DNA of 20,070 nucleotides from Prochlorococcaceae cyanobacterium jk18x22bins.40 (GTDB lineage: Bacteria; Cyanobacteriota; Cyanobacteriia; PCC-6307; Cyanobiaceae), in contig JAJDVL010000005.1 of NCBI GenBank assembly GCA_022826155.1, positions 1 through 20,070 on the forward strand, given 5' to 3'. The notes under the pieces are model-generated. The model saw nothing but the letters and a program-made list of their open reading frames with translations, was not told where the DNA came from and searched no databases. Made by a program: the position numbers and the translations under genes. Below are positions 14,467 to 20,070 of the stretch, piece by piece (the first letter of the stretch is position 1; each line of letters starts with the position of its first letter).

Positions 14467-15225
14467 TCAGATCTTGCGATAGCGCACCTTGCTCATGTAA
14501 TCGAAGGACGTGTTGGTGCTGCCGCCGGCAACACACCGGGTTGCGCCCACGGCGCCAACCCAGGCGCGGTAGTCGTTGGGATTACCGCCACGGCTTACCC
14601 TGGCTCGGGAAGGCAACTTCTTGGTAGCAGCACCGACAAAAACAGCCCTGGGGAAGCCCAGAATACCGCGCCAGTAGGACTCGTAGCGAGGAGACTTGAT
14701 GTTGAACGGCGTTTCTCCCAACTCGCGCCCCGGCAGCACCCGGTGACGCTGGTAGGGGACCGTGTCGTAGCCAAAGTTATCGATGTACTCCTGGGAATCC
14801 AGCAGGGCGTCCACGAGTCCCACCAGACCCTTGTTGCAGATGACGATGGACCAGGCAATGGTTTCCGCCTGGCCATGGACATCCCGCCCCAGAACCCGCT
14901 GCACCATCTGGGTCACCACTTGGTAATTGCTGTTGAAGCGGTAGAAGGAGCTTCTGAAGGTGTCCGAGAGCAGGAGGCCGCGGATAAAATCCCGCACCGT
15001 GATCTGGTTATTGCGCAGTTGGGACTCCAGAAAGGCGTCCCGGCTATACTTGAAGGCGTGGAAGAAAATCTGCCGATAGGCCGCTTCAATGAGGGCCGTG
15101 TAGTCGGCGTCGCTGAGCACCTTCTGGGTGCTGAAGATGCGTGCCTGGTCATCGTCAGCACCCCCGTAGTCTTTCACCCGGGAATTCTGGGTTTCAAGGG
15201 CGTAGTTGAGAAGCGGAAGTGCCAC
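14467..15225 (-). CDS. cpcG: Phycobilisome rod-core linker polypeptide CpcG.
   Basis: MALPLLNY..., then IEAAYRQIFFHAFK..RDAFLESQLRNNQITVRDFIRGLLLSDTFRSSFY..NSNYQVV..VLGRDV..IVICNKGL..VDALLDSQEYIDNFGYDTVPYQR is the PBS-linker domain with the CpcG-type N-terminus. GTG start (15223-15225). Confidence 0.9.
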   Translation of the reverse strand: MALPLLNYALETQNSRVKDYGGADDDQARIFSTQKVLSDADYTALIEAAYRQIFFHAFKYSRDAFLESQLRNNQITVRDFIRGLLLSDTFRSSFYRFNSNYQVVTQMVQRVLGRDVHGQAETIAWSIVICNKGLVGLVDALLDSQEYIDNFGYDTVPYQRHRVLPGRELGETPFNIKSPRYESYWRGILGFPRAVFVGAATKKLPSRARVSRGGNPNDYRAWVGAVGATRCVAGGSTNTSFDYMSKVRYRKI

Positions 15226-15317
15226 GGGTCACCGGCTCGGTACGGGTTGGATGCTAGAGGACAATCCGCTGAGACATGGTCGGCAGAGTGCGGTGGAATC
15301 ACAGTCCTTAACGTTGC

Positions 15318-15896
15318 TCACCAGCCCAGGGCGGCCTGCCGCAGTGCTGTGTCCGGCGGTGGATCGGGTGCCGGTTCAGGTCCAATGGTGTCTTGAATCC
15401 GGGTTTCAACAGACAGGGACGCCGTATTGGAGAGCCCCTCCACCGTGCTGGTGCGTAGACGCACCTGGGGGCTGACGAACCAGAAACGTTCCCGGCTGTG
15501 CATGGTCTCGTAGGCGGTGATCAACTCCAGGCCATCCTCGTCGTCCATGCGGAACTGTCCCGCCACCGTTGCGGTCTCGGCATAGCCACGGTCCCGCAGC
15601 AGCTTTCCCTGGCGACCGTGGTCGTCGGTGGGAATCAGGGCAAAGACCGTCTCTCCCTGATGATCCTCTCCGGCCCGGTCCCAGGCCATGGACCCTAGCC
15701 AACGCACATGGCAGCCGCCCCGGACGGCCTCGGGCGATTCGCCGTGAAGACGGGCAATGGCCGCCAAGCGCCCGTCCTCCGGGGCCAGGGTGACCACCTC
15801 GATGTGGCTGATACCTGCCTCGGTGCGGCGGTGGAGTAAATGATGGCTGGTGCGCTGGGAACGCCAACGGCCCGCACTGCGGGCAAAGAAGGCCAT
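15318..15896 (-). CDS. CpcS/CpeS (CpcS/CpcU)-family phycobiliprotein bilin lyase.
   Basis: MAFFARSAGRWRSQRTSHHLLHRRTEAG matches the family N-terminal signature FFxxSxGxWxSxRxxHHL. ATG 15896 is preferred over the TTG at 15938 used by the track. Confidence 0.8.
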   Translation of the reverse strand: MAFFARSAGRWRSQRTSHHLLHRRTEAGISHIEVVTLAPEDGRLAAIARLHGESPEAVRGGCHVRWLGSMAWDRAGEDHQGETVFALIPTDDHGRQGKLLRDRGYAETATVAGQFRMDDEDGLELITAYETMHSRERFWFVSPQVRLRTSTVEGLSNTASLSVETRIQDTIGPEPAPDPPPDTALRQAALGW

Positions 15897-15975
15897 GGCG
15901 TCGGGAATGGGCTCCACAGTTGCCTCCTGTTGCCGCAAAATAACTGCCTCTGGGGAACTCTAGGGCTTCAACCCG

Positions 15976-17100
15976 TCACCCGGCAAGTGGCGTCGCCGGA
16001 CGGCGATAGAAGGGACGACGCGCCACACGGGCGGCCACCTGCTGGCCCCGCACCTGCACCAACAGGTCTGTACCGGGTTTGGCCATGGCGGGGGGCACGT
16101 AACCCAGGGCAACGGCATGTCCCAGGCTGGGGGACCAGGCGCCGCTGGTGACCACGCCAACGATGGTGCCCGTGGCGTCCAGGATGGAATGACCCTGCCG
16201 GGCAATGGCGCGCCCCCGCAGGGTGAGCCCCACCAGCCGCCGTGGCGCACCCGTCCGGGTTTGGGCTTCCAAAACCTCGCGACCGATGAAGGGATGGGGC
16301 ATTTCCAGATGCACCAACCAGCCCAGGGAGGCCTCCAAGGGGGTGTGGCGGGTGTCCATGTCCTGGCCATAGAGGTGGAGGGCAGCCTCAAGGCGCAGGG
16401 TGTCCCGTGCGGCCAGTCCACAGGGCTGCACCCCGTGCTCCAGCAGCTCCTGCCACAACCGTTGCCCCCCTTCACGGGACAACAACACCTCCACGCCGTC
16501 CTCGCCGGTGTATCCGGTGCGAGCCAGAAACACCAGCTCATCTCCCCAGTCCAGTTGGCGATGGCCAAAACGGGGCAGCCCTTGCAGGTCCCAGCCCCGC
16601 AAACGCTCCAGCAGGGGCACGGCCCGGGGACCCTGCAGGGCCAGCAGCACCCCGTCGCCTTTGCGGTCGGAGATGGTGCAGTCCCTGGGCACAAGATGGC
16701 GCTCCAACCAGGCGGTGTCCGCAGCGCAGCGGGCGGCATTGACAACCACCGCCACTTCGTGCCCACCTGCCACCAGGCCACGGTCATAGACGATCAAGTC
16801 ATCAAGGATGCCCCCCTGTTCGTTGAGCAGGACCGTGTACTGGGCTTCCCCTGGTCCGATGCGCCCCAGATCCGAAGGCACCAGGCCCTGGAGGGCATCC
16901 TTCACCGCCGGTCCCCGCAGGGTAAGCACCCCCATATGGGAGATGTCGAATATCCCAACGGCGCTGCGCACAGCCCGGTGCTCCGCCACCACGCCGGTAA
17001 ACTGCAAGGGCATGATCCAGCCGGCAAAGGGACTGAAGCGGGCTCCAGCGGCTTGGGCGGCTTCATGGAGGGGGGTGGTTTTACCAGTGCTGTGATCCAT
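15976..17100 (-). CDS. gcvT: Glycine cleavage system aminomethyltransferase (T protein).
   Basis: TPLHEAAQAAGARFSPFAGWIMPLQFTGVVAEHRAVRSAVGIFDISHMGVLTLRG, then ARTGYTGEDGVEV and ARDTLRLEAAL, are classic GcvT motifs. ATG start at 17098-17100. Confidence 0.92.
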   Translation of the reverse strand: MDHSTGKTTPLHEAAQAAGARFSPFAGWIMPLQFTGVVAEHRAVRSAVGIFDISHMGVLTLRGPAVKDALQGLVPSDLGRIGPGEAQYTVLLNEQGGILDDLIVYDRGLVAGGHEVAVVVNAARCAADTAWLERHLVPRDCTISDRKGDGVLLALQGPRAVPLLERLRGWDLQGLPRFGHRQLDWGDELVFLARTGYTGEDGVEVLLSREGGQRLWQELLEHGVQPCGLAARDTLRLEAALHLYGQDMDTRHTPLEASLGWLVHLEMPHPFIGREVLEAQTRTGAPRRLVGLTLRGRAIARQGHSILDATGTIVGVVTSGAWSPSLGHAVALGYVPPAMAKPGTDLLVQVRGQQVAARVARRPFYRRPATPLAG

Positions 17101-17160
17101 GGGATCGGAGGAATCGCCGGGATCCTCAGTCTGCCGTGGCGGGGAGAGCGGAGTGTCGGA

Positions 17161-17802
17161 TCAGGGCGCCGGGCGGGGCTGGCTGGTGATCTCCAACACC
17201 TGGTGGATGGTGTCGGGGGTGTCGAGGCACTCCAGGCAGTAGCGGGCCACCAGGCGGCGAGGAATGGTGCCCTGCTGCTGGGTGGCGGCGCCACTGACCA
17301 CCAACTGCTGCTGCTCCAGACGGGCTTCTGTTTCCTTCAGACCCCCTGGCCGCACAACGGTCCAGTCCAGATCGCTGTGCTCCAGGGCCTCCTCTCCCCA
17401 GCGCTTGCACACCAGGATCAGGCCAAACAGGTTGAGATTGTGCCAGAGTTGGCCACTGCACAGGGAACTCACCAGCACCACCCGCGCCACACCGACCTGT
17501 TGACAGGCCTGCGCCTGCCGTTGTACGGCCTGGGTGTCCACTTGAAACGGCCCGAAGAGATTGGCGGATGGCCGCGCCCCTGTGGCCATCACCAGGCTAC
17601 GGCAACCGCGAAGGGCCTCCACAAGCTGGGGCAACCGGCCAAAGTCCAGGCGCCGGATGTCGCAATGGGCCAGGGACGGGGGCAATTTCGAGGCTGGCCG
17701 CACCAGCAGCCGCACGGCCAGGCCCCGGGCCAGGGCTTCTTCGGCAATGCGCAATCCCGTCCGGCCACTGGCGCCACTGACGGCCACAATGTTGCTGTTC
17801 AT
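17161..17802 (-). CDS. NAD(P)H-binding (atypical SDR / NmrA-like) protein.
   Basis: The N-terminal Rossmann motif IVAVSGASGRTGLRIAEEAL, the roughly 210-aa length and RPGGL near the C-terminus are typical of the NAD(P)-binding PF13460-type family. Confidence 0.7.
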   Translation of the reverse strand: MNSNIVAVSGASGRTGLRIAEEALARGLAVRLLVRPASKLPPSLAHCDIRRLDFGRLPQLVEALRGCRSLVMATGARPSANLFGPFQVDTQAVQRQAQACQQVGVARVVLVSSLCSGQLWHNLNLFGLILVCKRWGEEALEHSDLDWTVVRPGGLKETEARLEQQQLVVSGAATQQQGTIPRRLVARYCLECLDTPDTIHQVLEITSQPRPAP

Positions 17803-17817
17803 TGTTAGACCAGGATT

Positions 17818-18585
17818 TCAGCGCAATTGGAATGGTATTGTAACAAGCACCGTGATGGTGTCCCTGACTTTTGCCAGTTCATCAGGGAAAACAGGCAAAG
17901 GCTGGGCGCGTTGAATCAGCGCCAAAGCTTCCTTGTCGAGCAGGGTGTTACCACTGCTGCGCTCCAGCCCATAACTCAAAACTTCACCACGGCGATTCAC
18001 GATAAACTTCACCAGGACTGTCCCCTCATCCCCACGATACTCCGCACGGCGAGGATAGCGTTTATGTTTGTTCAACCAGTGATGGGCAGTCTTGCCGTAC
18101 TGGCTCCGTAATTGCGCCAAGTCCACGGTATCCAGAACAGACGTGGGCGCCGCCGCCGTAGTCGGGGTTGCAGGCGTCTCCGGGGTGGGGGTTCTGTTGT
18201 TGCTGCTGACAGCGGCTGTTGACGGGCTGGGGGGCGTCCGTGGGGTGGCCGCTGGCGTTGGATTGACGGCAGCCACGGATGGTCGCGTCAATGGCTCCTG
18301 CTGGACCGTGGTTGGTACGGGTGCGGGCTGGGGCGGCACAACCTCCGGTGTTGGTGGCGACGCCTCAGGGTCGGGCTGCCTGGCCGCCGGCGATGTGGGG
18401 CGGGGCGCAGGGGTAGGGTGGGCTGGTGCTGGTGGTGGGGTGGCCAGGGATACCAGAACCGGCTTGGGGGGAGGGGGAGCGTTCCGGCGCCCGGACAGGG
18501 TCTGGGGCAGCCGCGCCGCCCCCAGGGCATGAATTGTGAGGGCGGCGGCAAACGCCATGGTCCATTGGCAGGGGGTGAGCGTCAT
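17818..18585 (-). CDS. tonB: TonB-family energy transducer.
   Basis: It has an N-terminal signal-anchor, a long Pro-rich spacer (PPPPKPVLVSLATPPPAPAHPTPAPRPTSP...), and a C-terminal TonB domain YPRRAEYRGDEGTVLVKFIVNRRGEVLSYGLERSSGNTLLDKEALALIQRAQPLPVFP. It lies directly downstream of exbB-exbD-exbD. Confidence 0.85.
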   Translation of the reverse strand: MTLTPCQWTMAFAAALTIHALGAARLPQTLSGRRNAPPPPKPVLVSLATPPPAPAHPTPAPRPTSPAARQPDPEASPPTPEVVPPQPAPVPTTVQQEPLTRPSVAAVNPTPAATPRTPPSPSTAAVSSNNRTPTPETPATPTTAAAPTSVLDTVDLAQLRSQYGKTAHHWLNKHKRYPRRAEYRGDEGTVLVKFIVNRRGEVLSYGLERSSGNTLLDKEALALIQRAQPLPVFPDELAKVRDTITVLVTIPFQLR

Positions 18586-18591
18586 GGAGCG

Positions 18592-19035
18592 TTAGCGACG
18601 GTCCGCAATGGTCAGAAGCTGAAGTTGGTCAATCCCGACCTCCCGCAGGCGACTCATCACCGCCACCACCTTAGTGGCCTCTACCGCTGCCGAAGCCCGC
18701 AGAACCAGGGGTGAATCCATGGTCCCCACGTCAGGGTGCCGGGCCATGGCAAGCTGCAGGCTTTCCTGAGGCACGATCTGGGCATTGAGGAAAAGGCGGC
18801 CCTGGGCATCCATGGACAGGATCACGGCCTGGGGGGAAGACGGATCCTGGCTGGCGGAAAGGGGAGGCTCGATCTTCATTTGCTCCGCTGTCAGCTTCCC
18901 TGCCAGCATGAAAAAGATCAACAGCAGAAACACCATGTTGATGAGGGGCAGCACCCGCTCGTCGTCGTTCTTCTCGCCTCTCCCTTGCAGGCCTATGGGG
19001 AGAAGGCCCATGGGGCGTCGCCTTTGAAGGTGCAT
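18592..19035 (-). CDS. exbD: ExbD/TolR-family protein (second copy; the TM Asp is replaced by Asn).
   Basis: VLPLINMVFLLLIFFMLAG plus an ExbD periplasmic domain (VILSMDAQGRLFLN...LVLRASAAVEATKVVAVMSRLREVGIDQLQLLT). ATG 19033-19035 lies 4 nt after the upstream stop. The track's 19092 start would overlap the previous gene by 53 nt. Confidence 0.8.
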   Translation of the reverse strand: MHLQRRRPMGLLPIGLQGRGEKNDDERVLPLINMVFLLLIFFMLAGKLTAEQMKIEPPLSASQDPSSPQAVILSMDAQGRLFLNAQIVPQESLQLAMARHPDVGTMDSPLVLRASAAVEATKVVAVMSRLREVGIDQLQLLTIADRR

Positions 19036-19039
19036 GGGC

Positions 19040-19444
19040 TCATTCCCCCGGCGTTGCTTCCAGAAAAGACACCTGACTGGCTCCTGCGCCACGCAACTGG
19101 TCCAGCACAGTTACGATGCGTTGTAAAGGCACCCCGTCTGCAGGTTCGAGGGCCACCTGCCGCTGCGGTTGAAGCGCCACCTGTTCCCGCAACTGCGCCA
19201 GGGAAACGGGTTGACCGTCCAGTTGCAGGATATCCCGGCTGATGGTCACCAGCAACGCCCTGTCTCGTACTTGCGTGGGAGTGGCGTTCCTGTCCACCAC
19301 GCGGAGGTCAATCATATTGGTGCTCTGCAGGTTGGAGACCAGCATAAAGAAGATGAGCAGGATAAAGACAACGTCAATCAACGGTGTCAAGCTGACGGCG
19401 GCCCTGGAACGGCGGCCCTGGAACAGCGGGACACGCAACTTCAT
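19040..19444 (-). CDS. exbD: ExbD/TolR-family protein (first copy; canonical TM Asp).
   Basis: SLTPLIDVVFILLIFFMLVS, and the periplasmic domain LLVTISRDILQLDGQPV...VALEPADGVPLQRIVTVLDQLRGAGASQVSFLE. The ATG overlaps the exbB stop (ATGA at 19441-19444). Confidence 0.88.
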   Translation of the reverse strand: MKLRVPLFQGRRSRAAVSLTPLIDVVFILLIFFMLVSNLQSTNMIDLRVVDRNATPTQVRDRALLVTISRDILQLDGQPVSLAQLREQVALQPQRQVALEPADGVPLQRIVTVLDQLRGAGASQVSFLEATPGE

Positions 19445-20070
19445 GGCGTGACCTGCTGATCCTGGGACAGGTCGGTGGTGAACACCCGTGTGGTCACGTC
19501 GGCCAATCCATGGGTGAAATGCTCAACGCGCCCCTCCAGCCAGTTGTGAACGGCCACCACGGGGATGGCAACGCCGAGGCCAACGGCCGTCGTGAGCAGG
19601 GCTTCCCAAATGCCTCCCGAGAGGGTGGACGGGTTGATGGAGTTTTCCGCTTGGGCAATCTGCTGAAAGGCCTTGATCATGCCCAGGACTGTCCCCAGAA
19701 GGCCAAGGAGGGGCGCCAGGGAGGCGGTCACCTCCAGCAGCCGTAAGTTGGCCCTGAGGGAGATCACAAGGGCATGGCTGGCCCGCTCCACCTCCTCCCG
19801 CACCACCGCGGTGGGTATCTGGCGACACTGGCCCCGAATCGCCTGGGCCAGCACAGCGGCAGCAGGGTTGCGGCAACGCCGCGCCACGGCCAACGCCTCG
19901 GTTGATTCCCCCTCCAGGTGCAACGCCAGCGTATGGCGCACCGTCCGCAACTGATTCAACTCAAGGGAAGCAAATTGCCAAACCTTGGCCACCACCACTG
20001 TCAACGCCAGAATCGACATCCCGAGCAACACCACGATCACCGGGCCGCCAGCGCCAATCAACTGCCCCAC
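19441..20070 (-). CDS. exbB: ExbB (MotA/TolQ/ExbB proton channel). It reaches the window edge, so the 5' end is possibly incomplete.
   Basis: LAPLLGLLGTVLGMIKAFQQI and GGIWEALLTTAVGLGVAIPVVAVHNW are canonical motifs. The first codon in the window is GTG at 20068-20070, which is either the true start or simply the edge. Confidence 0.88.
   Translation of the reverse strand: MGQLIGAGGPVIVVLLGMSILALTVVVAKVWQFASLELNQLRTVRHTLALHLEGESTEALAVARRCRNPAAAVLAQAIRGQCRQIPTAVVREEVERASHALVISLRANLRLLEVTASLAPLLGLLGTVLGMIKAFQQIAQAENSINPSTLSGGIWEALLTTAVGLGVAIPVVAVHNWLEGRVEHFTHGLADVTTRVFTTDLSQDQQVTP

Noticed and set aside
15960-16787. A 275-aa minus-strand ORF in an alternate frame of gcvT. The overlapping ORFs inside cpcS-like (15406..15867), tonB (18092..18532, 18288..18551) and the ABC1 kinase (10323..10862, 11499..11972) are similar cases.
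   Set aside because: Their composition is Trp/Pro/Cys/Arg-rich. They are out of frame with, or antisense to, well-supported genes, and nothing independent supports them.
17101-17160. A possible glycine riboswitch upstream of gcvT.
   Set aside because: Only 60 nt separate the gcvT start from the upstream gene's stop, which is too short for even one glycine aptamer. I could not see the conserved GGAGAG...CACCG core in the correct orientation.
16117-17808. A 563-aa plus-strand ORF antisense to gcvT and the NAD(P)-binding gene.
   Set aside because: It is Gly/His/Gln/Pro-rich with no recognisable domain. It is exactly antisense to two genes with strong family signatures, which is typical of a high-GC antisense artefact.
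1-20070. A search for CRISPR arrays, rRNA, tandem repeats and the cyanobacterial HIP1 palindrome (GCGATCGC).
   Set aside because: By eye I found no regularly spaced direct repeats and no rRNA-like sequence. There are only partial HIP1-like strings (for example gcgatcgt at about 10370). None of these features can be supported.

Overview
The window looks like a GC-rich cyanobacterial chromosome segment. The taxon call rests on a CpcG phycobilisome rod-core linker and a CpcS/CpeS-type bilin lyase. Most of it (3.7-20 kb) is ordinary high-GC housekeeping: a ComEC-like protein, RarA, a PhoR/OmpR-type two-component pair, an ABC1/UbiB kinase, an MscS channel, GcvT, an NAD(P)-binding protein, and a canonical ExbB-ExbD-ExbD-TonB operon that runs off the right edge. 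The left 3.6 kb is different. It starts with an IS982-family transposase remnant cut by the window edge, followed by a 237-bp non-coding gap. Next comes a compositionally atypical, tightly coupled three-gene minus-strand operon (824-3305) that sits on the 3' side of a tRNA-Ser(CGA) gene (3603-3689). The operon encodes a MotA/ExbB-type channel protein with a roughly 170-aa helical C-terminal tail. It also encodes two paralogous single-pass ExbD/TolR-like proteins, each with the hallmark transmembrane Asp. No TonB, peptidoglycan-binding domain or Zorya-type effector is visible. This is my best candidate for an undescribed ion-driven system, either a Zorya-like defence module or some other energiser. 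That reading is inference from motifs only. A second accessory-looking gene is an orphan HsdR-N-type PD-(D/E)xK nuclease-like ORF (6894-7814) with an AT-rich unknown C-terminal half. I found no CRISPR array and no rRNA. Many long alternate-frame ORFs in the track are high-GC artefacts.
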